A DNA stretch of 62,704 nt, filler included, from Chiloscyllium plagiosum (taxonomy: Eukaryota): NCBI RefSeq assembly GCF_004010195.1. It is 3 parts of one record of this genome, joined end to end, with 100 filler letters (N's around TTAATTAATTAA, not from the genome) between each part and the next. Parts side by side here need not be neighbours in the genome. Positions count along the whole stretch, not along the records: positions 1 to 29,249 come from NC_057710.1; positions 29,350 to 53,703 come from NC_057710.1; 1 more part is not named here. One strand, 5' to 3'. A program made the translations under genes and the position numbers. Each line of letters begins with the position of its first letter. Within the stretch, counting starts at the first letter, position 1. The notes below the pieces were generated by a model, which was not told the DNA's origin, made no database searches, and saw only the letters and a program-made list of their open reading frames with translations. Shown piece after piece: positions 26,431-36,979 of the stretch.

Positions 26431-26855
26431 CCTCGCGAGTTTTGAGAAGATTTGTAGCTCAGGTTAAGGTTCTGCATGTAGGTTTGCTCGCTGAGCTGGA
26501 AGGTTCATTTTCAGACGTTTTGTCACCATACTAGGTAACATCTTCAGTGAATATTGAACTACAGAAGCAATCATCCCAACTTCCACAAGCAAAGCTGCAT
26601 CAGAACATTATTTCAGTAAGCCAATACACACTGCAGCACAGAGGAACTACGCAGAGCAGAAGAAAATCACCTATACCGTGTATTCAAAAAGAATGGGTAC
26701 CAATGAACACAGTCCACCGATTTCTCAGCAACAAACCCAAACAAGCAGATAAAACGTGTCCAGAAACCCTAGTCACTCTCCCCTACATCAAAGACATTTT
26801 GAAAATGACTGCCAGACTACTCAGGATCATGGTAGCCTACAAAACCACCAACACA
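26430..26855 (+). mobile_element. Penelope fragment preceded by an inverted terminus
   Basis: THCSTEELRRAEENHLYRVFKKNGYPMNTVHRF..VTLPYIKDI; inverted terminus at 26430-26551. Confidence 0.85.
26510..26551 (-). ncRNA. Minimal hammerhead motif with G12->A change
   Basis: uuca-CUGAAGA-u-guuacc-uaguau-ggugac-AAAAC-GUC-ugaa; stems I and II pair. Confidence 0.55.
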
Positions 26856-27355
26856 NNNNNNNNNNNNNNNNNNNNNNNNNNNNNNNNNNNNNNNNNNNNN
26901 NNNNNNNNNNNNNNNNNNNNNNNNNNNNNNNNNNNNNNNNNNNNNNNNNNNNNNNNNNNNNNNNNNNNNNNNNNNNNNNNNNNNNNNNNNNNNNNNNNNN
27001 NNNNNNNNNNNNNNNNNNNNNNNNNNNNNNNNNNNNNNNNNNNNNNNNNNNNNNNNNNNNNNNNNNNNNNNNNNNNNNNNNNNNNNNNNNNNNNNNNNNN
27101 NNNNNNNNNNNNNNNNNNNNNNNNNNNNNNNNNNNNNNNNNNNNNNNNNNNNNNNNNNNNNNNNNNNNNNNNNNNNNNNNNNNNNNNNNNNNNNNNNNNN
27201 NNNNNNNNNNNNNNNNNNNNNNNNNNNNNNNNNNNNNNNNNNNNNNNNNNNNNNNNNNNNNNNNNNNNNNNNNNNNNNNNNNNNNNNNNNNNNNNNNNNN
27301 NNNNNNNNNNNNNNNNNNNNNNNNNNNNNNNNNNNNNNNNNNNNNNNNNNNNNNN

Positions 27356-27790
27356 GGAGCTGGAGTTGGGTTCATTTCCCACAGATGTAGCCAGCAGGGA
27401 TACTAGTGATGACCCTTACCTCCCATATTCTGCAGGAGGAACATTCAACTGCCCTAACCTCCATTCCCACGGATACTAGTATGACCCTTACCTCCCATAT
27501 TCTGCAGGAGGAACATTCAACTGCCCTAACCTCCATTCCCACCATTCTAAATTCCCAAAGGGACTGTAGAAAAGTAAAGAATAAAAACAAACTCGTTACC
27601 TTACCAATCCGGTGCATGGAACCTTTATTTTTGGATTGAGGAGGAGGATGGGTGAGAGCTCCACCTAAGTAGTGTTTCGGGTAAAGCAACCACCCAAATA
27701 TATTACTTCACTTACTCAGCAGTCCCGTGTCTGCTCCTGCTCAGTATGCTCTCCGCCTATTCACGAGGTAAATGTATATCATTTTAAATT
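27356..27790 (-). mobile_element. CR1 5' region/ORF1 zinc-finger start with an internal ~70-bp tandem duplication
   Basis: MEVRAVECSSCRIWEVRV twice; homologous to 51040-51150 (+). Confidence 0.85.
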
Positions 27791-28459
27791 TCCCTTCCCA
27801 GTAGGCCCCTGGTCCTCACTGTCGCTCTTCCCTCTGCTGCTGCTACTGGCAAAATGGAAGGAATATGGAATGAGTTGCCAGTGCAAGTGGTTGAGGCGGG
27901 TACATTAACAATATTTAAAAGGCATTTGGACAAATTCAAGGATAGCAAAGGTTTAGAAGGATATGGGCCAAGTGCAGGAAAATGGGGTTAGTGTGGATGG
28001 ACATTTTGGTCGGCATGGATCACTTTGGGCCAAAGGACCTGTCTCTTCGCTGTAGGACTCTATGACTCACCAAATCCAATGTATTGGCAACAGAAAGCAA
28101 GTGCCTCACTGTGGCCTCTCTACTCCCATGTTTCCCGACCTGAAAAGAAAACAAACATTTTATGATTATCCAATGGCCACTATCATAAATTTCATTATCC
28201 CACACCTGGTCCCAGCTACAAATTCCCTCTGCGGTGGAGTTCCCTTAGAGAGCAGAGCAGAAATTCCTCCTCATCTGTCACCAATGGGTGACCTCTGACT
28301 CTGAGATGATGCCCTCTTGTCCTTGGATCTCCCACGGGGAAAACAAGCTGCTCTGTCAAATTCCCTGAGAATCTTGTCTCTTGCAATAAGGTCACCTCTC
28401 ATTCTTCAAATCTCAACCTCTCTTCAGAAGAAATCCCTCCATATAATCGGCATGATTAA

Positions 28460-29249
28460 AACAAACGGTTGGAGACACTGGATACTGCAAAGGCAATGGG
28501 CCCTGACAACATTCCAATAATAGTACTGACGATTTGTGCTCCAGACCTTGCTGCTTCCCTTGCCAAGCTGTTCTTGTACAGTTCCAACACTGGCATCTAC
28601 CCAAAAATGTGGGCAAAGAATTCCTGCCCCATCAGTCTACTCTCGATCATCAATGAGGTGATGGAAGGGGACATCAAACAGCATCTGCCCAGTGATGTCC
28701 AGTTTGGGTTCCCCCAGGGTCACTCAGCTCCTGACCTCATTGCAGCCTTGGTTCAAACACAGACAAAAGAGCTGAATTCCAGAGTGGCGGGGGTAGGGGA
28801 GTGGGGAAGATGGTGACAGCTCTTGATATGAAGGCTGCATTTGACTGAGTGCAGTATCAAGGAGCCCTACCAATACAGAAATCGATGGGGATTAGGAGCA
28901 GACTCTCCACTGGTTGGAGTTATATCTGACACATAGCAAAATGGTTGTGGTTGATGGAGGTCAGTTGTTTCCACTCCAGGACATCTCTGCAGGAGTTCCT
29001 CAGGTCCGACCCTCCTCAGTTGCTTCCTCAATAACTTTCCCTTCCCCATGAAGTCAGAAGTGGGGATGTTCGCCAATGATTGCACAATGTTCAACACGAT
29101 TCACAACTCTTCAGATACTGAAGCAGTCCATGTTCAAATGCATCAAGATCTGAGCAATATCCAGGCTTGGGCTGACAAGTGGCAAGTAATATTAGCACCA
29201 TACAAATGCCAGACTATGACCATCACCAATAAGCAACATTCTAACCACC
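28460..29249 (+). mobile_element. L2/CR1-like LINE RT fragment (second family; same as 56945-58120)
   Basis: LDTAKAMGPDNIP, QFGFPQGHSAPDL, SEVGMFANDCTMF..DLSNIQAWADKWQV. Confidence 0.85.
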
Positions 29250-29349
29250 NNNNNNNNNNNNNNNNNNNNNNNNNNNNNNNNNNNNNNNNNNNNTTAATTA
29301 ATTAANNNNNNNNNNNNNNNNNNNNNNNNNNNNNNNNNNNNNNNNNNNN

Positions 29350-29690
29350 GTTCCTGGGCTAGGGGGGATAGGACAGTGTCGAGGTAGGTAGAGATATGTT
29401 CAGTGGGGCAGGAGCATGCTGAGACAATGAGTCGGCCAGGGTGGTCAGGCTTGTGGATCTTGGGAAGGAGGTAGAACCGGGCAGTGCGGGGTTCCCGGAC
29501 TATGAGGTTGGAAGCTGTGGGTGGGAGATCTCCTGAGGTGATGAGGTTCTGTATGGTCTGGGAGATGATGGTTTGGTGATGGGGGGTGGGGTCATGGTCA
29601 AGGGGGCGGTAGGAAGAGATGTCCTCGAGTTGGTGTCTGGCTTCAGCGGTGTAGAGGTCAGTGCGCCAGACTATCGCTGCACCCCCTTGG
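29350..29690 (-). mobile_element. Probable Penelope RT upstream fragment
   Basis: Minus strand reads ..VVWRTDLYTAEARHQLED..DHDPTPHHQ..FYLLPKIHKPDHPGRLIVSACSCPTE. Confidence 0.75.
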
Positions 29691-31270
29691 AGAAGAGTTG
29701 AAAGTGATGTTTCCCAGGAATCGGTTTTGGGACCCTTGGTTTTTCTGATTTATGTTTGGAGTTGGCATTGACGGTAAAATCTCAAAATTTGCAGATGTCA
29801 CTTAGCTGGGGAGAATTTTGAATCATGTGGATGATGCTGACCAACTTGAAAGGGACATTCATAAGTTGGTAAATTGGGCAGACACCTGGCAGAAAATGTC
29901 TGTGGAAGAATCATGGAGAGACAATCCAGGCTCAGTGGTAGACCTCTGAGGGGAAGACAGGAGCGGGGTTACCTCAAAGTTCACAGACCTGTTTCTCTGA
30001 AAGTGGCCAATTGTTAAGAAGACTTATAGGATCCTTGGGGTTATAACTGGAGGCAGAGAGTAAAGAAGTAACAAAGTAATGCTACACCTCTGCACATCAT
30101 TGGTCAGATCACATTTGGAGTATTGTGTTCAGCACCTTAATTAAGGAAGGATGTTAAAGCCCTGGGAAGAGTTCAAAGGAAGTTTACTTAAATAATACCA
30201 GGTGTGTTCGAGATGAGGAAAGATTAGAGAGATTGGGTGCATTCTCATTAGAGCAGAGAAGATCAATAGGGTCACAGAAAACAGGTCATTGTTTACCAGA
30301 ATGAACTTGAGTTACTACTTAAAGTCAAATGGGAATCATCAGATTAGAGCGGCTCCATACCATGCAGCATTCAATGAGCTGGCAGAAAGAGCAGTCCTCG
30401 AGCTTATCTCTGCACCCTTCAGGCTCTCTGCCTTTATTCCTGATAAAGGGCTTCTGCCCGAAACGTCGATTTCGAAGTTCCTTGGATGCTGCCTGAACTG
30501 CTGTGCTCTTCCAGCAACACTAATCCAGAACCTGTCATCCTCTAGAGCTGAGCTTGACCCTAGCTTCCTCCACCTTATGTAAACTACCTTTTTCCTTTTG
30601 ACGAGTAGCTCCACCACTCTCGTCATCCAAGGTTCCTTTATCTTACCACTTCTTGCCTGTCTCAGAGGGACATATTTATTCATCACTTGCAACAACTGTT
30701 CCTTAAACAGTCTCCCCATGTCTATAGTGCCTTTACCATGGAACAATTGCTCCCAATCCATGCTTCCTAACTCATGTCTAATCGCATCATAGTTTCCTCT
30801 TCCCCAATTAAATATCCTTCCATTTTTCCTAATCCTCTCCTTCTCCATAGCTATGGAGAATGTGAGGCAGTTGTAGTCACTATCACCAAAATGCTCTCCC
30901 ACCACAAGATCTGATACCTGTCCTGGCTCGTTTCCAAGCACCAAGTCGAGAATGGCCTCTCCCCTCGTCGGCCTGTCAACGTACTGAGTTAGGAAACCCT
31001 CCTGAACACACCTTACAAAAACAGCTCCATTCAAATCTTCTGCTCGAAGGAGGTTCCAATCAATATTGAGAAAGTTAAAGTCCCCCTTCTTCTTACTTCT
31101 TACTACTTCTTATGTTCTTAAGTAGTTGGTATATCAATAATAAGAGGGTCACAATTTCAAGAGTGTCAGCAAGATCTAGGAGTGAGATGAAGAGAAACTA
31201 CTCCGAGAATTGTTAGGATTTGGATTCTATAGGAGGCGGATTCCATTGGTCATTTCAAAAGGGAGCTCTC
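29690..31270. mobile_element. Mixed CR1 fragments (+ old; - 30530-31085 endonuclease region), Gypsy integrase sliver (30272-30397 +) and Penelope terminus (30400-30530)
   Basis: FLTQYVDRPTRGEAILDLVLGN..GEHFGDSD; IRAAPYHAAFNELAERAV. Confidence 0.8.
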
Positions 31271-32190
31271 TGATTCAGTGGATTCAACATGTTTGATGGA
31301 GAGGGTGAATCAACAGGTCTCTGAAGTACTTCTGAAGGACAAGTTCGTGAATTTGCAGCTTTCAAGTGGTCCACATGCTTGTTCAGCATTTACCCAAATT
31401 TGATATGTTCCTGGTCCTGACCTCACATTGACCATACCTCTTACCCAGACATAGCCATTTCCATGATTCTTGCATCAAACTTCAGAAATTATATCAAGCT
31501 GTGCCTTTTGCTTGGCTGAATCTTGTGTCCAGCTTTGGCGTTCCTAATGCTTTGGCGTTTCACAATCCAACCAGGTCCAGGAACATCAGACTTAACCTGG
31601 TACAGAGTCTTCTACTCATTAGCAACTCTGCTGGTGCTACCCCTGTAGTTGCATGTGAGGTGGTCTTATAATCAAATAAGAACCATGACAGCTTGGTATC
31701 TAGTGAGGCTGTAGACTGATTCTTCAGTCCAGCCTTCAAAGTTTGGACTGCTCTTTCTGCCAGCTCATTGAATGCTGCATGGTATGGAGCTGCTCTAATC
31801 TGATGATTCCCATTTGACTTTAAGCAGTAACTCAAGTTCTTTCTGGTAAACGATGGCCCGTTTTCTGTGACCAACATTTCTGGGACTCCGTGTGTCGCAA
31901 ATTATGTGCACCATTTTCCCATCATCTCTCCAGGGATTGATGAGTGGACTTGATACATCCAGTCACTTTGAATGAGTATCTGCAATGACTCAGAGCATTG
32001 AACAAAGGAAATGAGCTGCATAGTTGACATGCAACCTGTCATTCCCATGAATGTGGGGAAAGCTGCTGGCAGTAATTTTTGTCCTCATAACCACCAACAT
32101 GGTTACGGCTGCAACCAAGCCTGGCCACCAGACCTAATTTCTTGCCAACATTTTCATTTTGGAGACCTGTGGATGACCCTGGTGGAGTTC
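31270..32190 (-). mobile_element. Gypsy LTR-retrotransposon integrase remnant
   Basis: LHQGHPQVSKMKMLAR, LVTENGPSFT..NGNHQIRAAPYHAAFNELAERAVQTLK..SHATTGVAPAELLMSRRL. Confidence 0.9.
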
Positions 32191-32312
32191 AGGAGAACGT
32201 GAGGACTCCAGATGCTGGAGATCAGAGTCAAAAAGTGTGGTGCTGGAAAAGCTCAGCAGAACAGGAAGTATCCAAGGAGCAGGACTTTTTTTTCCCATCC
32301 TGGATAGATTGC

Positions 32313-32439
32313 TGGGTTGTACTGAGCCTGGTCTGCACAGTATTCCATCCTGGGTTGTACTGAGCCTGGTCTGCACAGTATTCCATCCGGGGCAAATTAT
32401 TGGGTTGTACTGAAACTTGATCTATACAGGGCTCCATCC
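32313..32439 (+). repeat. 38-bp tandem repeat (2 perfect copies plus 1 degenerate)
   Basis: tgggttgtactgagcctggtctgcacagtattccatcc at 32313-32350 and 32351-32388. Confidence 0.9.
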
Positions 32440-32444
32440 TGGTC

Positions 32445-32579
32445 AGAGTTTTTTTTCTTGTCCAGGAGCAGCGGGAGACAGAGCAGAGGTGATGTGGAGA
32501 CCAGGAGGGTGCCGAGAAGGTAAGGATTTCGTGTAAATTTGGGCAGCAGCTAAACCTGAGACACTACACGGGTAGTATC

Positions 32580-32622
<43 letters not shown>

Positions 32623-35410
32623 AAAAAGACTCTGTAAGGTAAGGGTTTTCTTTTTTCTTTTTCTTGTTTTTCGTATATTGAAGTGCATTGTTTAGTTTCA
32701 GTTAGTTGATATAAAGCTAAGTTTACAATGGCAGGGGACCCATGGCATGTGACTCTTGCTAGATGTGGGAGTTCAGGAACGAGGTGGATGTCCTGACTCC
32801 TTCATGTGCAAGCGGTGTGTCCAGCTGCAGCTCTTGTTTGACCGTATGACGGCTCGGGAGCTGCGGATGGACTCACTGTGGAGCATCCGCAATGCTGAGG
32901 GGGTCGTGGATAGCACGGTTAGTGAACTGGTCACCCCGCAGGTTAGAATTGCTGAGGGAGACAGGGAATGGGTGAGCAAAAGGCAGAAAAAGATTAGGAA
33001 GGTGGTGCAGGGTATTCCCTGCGGTTATCTCCCTCAAAACAGGTTTACTGTTTTAGATACTGCTGGGGGAGATGGGTCACCAGGGGAGGGCAGCAGTTGC
33101 CAGGATCATGGCACCGTGGCGGGCACTGCTGTTCAGAAGAGTGGGAAAAAGACTCATAGGGCCATAGTCAGAGGGGATTCTATTGTGTGGGGAGTAGATA
33201 GGCGGTTCTGTGGCTGAAAACGGGACTCCCGGATGGTACGTTGCCTCCCAGGTGCTCGGGTCAGGGATGTCACCGATCGGCTACAGAGTATTCTGAAAGG
33301 GGAGGGTGAACAGCCAGTTGTCTTGGTGCATATAGGCACCAACGATAGAAGTGAAAAACGAGATGCGGTCCTGAAAACAGAACTCAGGGGGCTAGGAGAG
33401 AAGTTAGCCAGCGTAGAAACGAAAGAATAAGCAGGATGAACACATGGCTTGAGGGATGGGGTAGGAGGGAGGGGTTCAGATTTGTTGGACATTTGGACCA
33501 GTTCTGGGGAAGGTGGGACTATTACAAATTGGACGGGCTACACTTGAACCAGACTGGAACTCATGTCCTTGAGGGAGCTTTTGTTACTGCTATTGGGGAG
33601 GTTTTAAACTAATGTGGTAGGGGGCTGGGAACCAGAAGAGAAGACAAGTGGGCGGCAAGGTGGAGACTGGAGACTGTAAAGATCATGAAGACAGTATTAA
33701 TAAAGGGAAGAATAGGCAGAGAGCAGATGAACGCAAAAGAACGGGTGGCCTGAAGTGCATACACTTTAATGCAAGGAGTATAGTGGGTAAGGCTTAGATC
33801 GGTGCCTGGGAGTATGACGTTATTGCAATCACAGAGACTTGGTTGAAGGAAGGGCATGATGATTGGCAACTAAATGTTCCAGAATATAGTCGCTTCAGAC
33901 AGGACAGGGAGGGAAGTAAAAGGTGGGGTGGCAGGAGTTGCATCGCTAGTCAGGGATGATATCACGGCTGTGCTAAAGGAGGACAGAATGGAGGGCTTGG
34001 GTAGTGAGGCATTATGGGTTGGAGCTGAGAAATAAGATGTTACATTGTTGGGGCTGTATTACAGACCTCCCAACAGTGAGTATGAGGTAGAAGAACAAAT
34101 AGGTAAACAGATTATGGAAAGATGCAGAGGCAACAGGATGGTGGTGATGGGAGATTTTAATTTTCCCAACATTGACTGGGATACACTTCGCGTCAGAGGT
34201 CTGGATGGGGCAGAATTTCTAAGAGGCATCCAGGACAGTTTTCCAGAGCAGTAGGGAAGGGGCCATATTGGACCTGGTGTTGGGGAATGAGCCAGGCCAG
34301 GTGGTAGAAACTGTGATGGGGGATTTCTTTGGTAACAGTGACTACAATTCTGTAAGTTTTAGAATACTCGTAGATAAAGATGAGAGTGGTCCTAAGGGAA
34401 GAGTACTAAACTAGGCCAAGGCCAATAATATCAAAACTAGGCAGAAGCTGGGAAATTGGATTGGACACAGCAATTTGAAGGTAAGTCCACATTTGATATG
34501 TGGGAGGCTTTCAAAGATAGGTTAAAGATAGTGCAGGATAGGCATGTTCCGTTGAAGTCAAAGGATAGGAAAGGCAAGATTTGTGAACCGTGGATGACAA
34601 GAGAAATCGTAGGACTAGCCAAGAGGGAAAAGGAAGTGTACATAAGGTCCAGGAGCTAAGAACAGAACGGGCCCTGGAGGAATATCGGAAGAGTAGGACC
34701 AGTCCTAAACGAGGAATAAAGTGGGCTAAAAGGGATCATGAAATAACTTTAGCGAGCAGAACTAAGTAGAATCTCAAAGCATTTTATTCTTATGTAAGAA
34801 GCAAGCGGGCAACTAGAGAAAGGATTGATCCACTAAAGGATAATGAAGGAAAGCTGATCGAACCTGAGGGAATGGGTGAGATTCTGAATGATTACTGAGG
34901 AGTGTTCACTGATGGGAGGGACATGATGAATGTTGAGATTAGAGATGGAAGTTGGATAGAACTGTGGATCAAGTTGACATAGTGGGGAAGATGTGTTGGG
35001 TAGGCCAGAGGTTATTAAGGTGGACAAATCCCCTGGACCGGATGGGATGTATTCCAGATTGCTGAGGGAGGTGAGAGAGGAAATAGTTGGGACTCTGACA
35101 TTTATCTTTGTGGCATCCTTAAATACAGATGAAGTGCTGGAGGACTGGAGGGTTATTCATGTTGTCCCCCTGTACAAGAAGGGCAGTAGGGATATTCCGG
35201 GTAACTACAGACCAGTGAGCCTGACATCAGAGGTGGGAAAGTTGCTGGAGAAGGTACTGAGGGATAAATCTATTTATATTTAGAAAATAATGAGCTTATC
35301 AATGATAGGCAACATGGTTTTGTGCGGGGGATATCATGCCTTCCCAACCTAATAGAGTTCTTTGAGGAAGTGACCAAGTTGTTAGATGAAAGAAGGGCTG
35401 TTGATGTCAT
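32445..35410 (+). mobile_element. CR1 LINE retaining its 5' region: ORF1 (zinc finger plus SGNH esterase-like) and ORF2 endonuclease/RT; decayed, runs into a gap; poly-C run at 32581-32620
   Basis: FMCKRCVQLQLL, GDSIV, CLPGARVRDV, VHIGTND, YYRPPN, MGDFNFP, KSPGPDG, SCLPNLIEFFEE. Confidence 0.92.
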
Positions 35411-35910
35411 NNNNNNNNNNNNNNNNNNNNNNNNNNNNNNNNNNNNNNNNNNNNNNNNNNNNNNNNNNNNNNNNNNNNNNNNNNNNNNNNNNNNNNNNNN
35501 NNNNNNNNNNNNNNNNNNNNNNNNNNNNNNNNNNNNNNNNNNNNNNNNNNNNNNNNNNNNNNNNNNNNNNNNNNNNNNNNNNNNNNNNNNNNNNNNNNNN
35601 NNNNNNNNNNNNNNNNNNNNNNNNNNNNNNNNNNNNNNNNNNNNNNNNNNNNNNNNNNNNNNNNNNNNNNNNNNNNNNNNNNNNNNNNNNNNNNNNNNNN
35701 NNNNNNNNNNNNNNNNNNNNNNNNNNNNNNNNNNNNNNNNNNNNNNNNNNNNNNNNNNNNNNNNNNNNNNNNNNNNNNNNNNNNNNNNNNNNNNNNNNNN
35801 NNNNNNNNNNNNNNNNNNNNNNNNNNNNNNNNNNNNNNNNNNNNNNNNNNNNNNNNNNNNNNNNNNNNNNNNNNNNNNNNNNNNNNNNNNNNNNNNNNNN
35901 NNNNNNNNNN

Positions 35911-36510
35911 CTTGGGGAGAGCACAGCTGGAGGGTTGTGTGCAGAGTTGCCCCACCCCAGCTATGAGAGGACAGACCTGATGTAGAGGGAGTGCAGGGAG
36001 GGTCACTCATCTGATACTGAGGATGGCAGGACGGTCCCATGAGGAGAGATTGGTTCAACTGGCCCTGTATTCAGTGGAGTCGGATTTAAACACATGAACA
36101 GGGCTGGACAGACTCAGTGCTGGGAGGGTGTTTCCCCGGGGTGGGGAGACAAAACCAGGGTCACAGTCTCAGGATACAGGGGAGACCATTTTGGTCTGAG
36201 ATGAGGAAACAGCTCTTAACTCAAAGGGCAGGGAACGTGTGTGGAATTCTCTGTGGCTGTGGTGGACAAAACATTGAATATTTATGAGATAGAGAGAGAG
36301 AGAGGAATTACCTTGATTTTAAAGGCTTCAAGGCATGTGGGGAGAAAAGGGAATGTAACATTTTGATTGAGGATATTGAATGGTACAGCAGGCTCGAAAG
36401 GCCGAATGGCCTACTCCTGCTCCTTGTCTGGATGTTTCCCCAATGCAGTTAGGGAGAGAGAGCCAGGGTTCTCACCCAGGGACACTGAGCGGGCACTCAG
36501 ATGCTGTTGT
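35911..36510. repeat. Local duplicate of 47908-48370 (intronic part of the mini-exon duplication unit)
   Basis: Shared idiosyncratic decayed-CR1 and unique sequence, e.g. gatactgaggatggcaggacggtcccatgaggagagatt and gcagttagggagagagagccagggttctcacccagggacactgagc. Confidence 0.9.
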
Positions 36511-36979
36511 AGAACATAAAACAGAGAACATCACAGCACAGTACAGGCCCTTCAGCCCCGAATGGCCTACTCCTGCAGTTAGGGAGATGGAGCCATTATT
36601 TTCACCTAGCAGCACTGAGCGAGCTCTGAGATACTGCTGTCTGACACAGAAGTGTATTTGTCCAGTTACTGTCTTTCCTTTCGAGGTCATGTGTCTCTGG
36701 ACATTGGAGTGTGTCCAGGAAAAAGCATCGCAGAGCGAAATTCCCAGCTGACCTTGTGGGGGAGGAACCTGTGTGGGGGAGCTCATGGCACAGGAACGGA
36801 CAAGGGCATCGTTTTTACTGTGTAACCTTGCTGTAAGTCTACAGTCATGAGTAGAGTTGTTCTTTCTTGATTATATGCGTCATTGAGATCTGTCTCATGA
36901 CTAAATTTGAAAAATATAGCCATCATTTAGCCTGGAGCAGTGTTTTTTTAGAGCAATAAGATGGTGCTATTTTCCGTTG

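Noticed and set aside
32313..32439. Short direct repeats as a CRISPR-like array
   Set aside because: Head-to-tail copies without unique spacers, in eukaryotic DNA
32756..33430. Zinc finger plus SGNH esterase-like peptides as a host gene (also 40156-40488, 51040-51583)
   Set aside because: These are CR1 ORF1 domains, contiguous with CR1 ORF2 and disrupted
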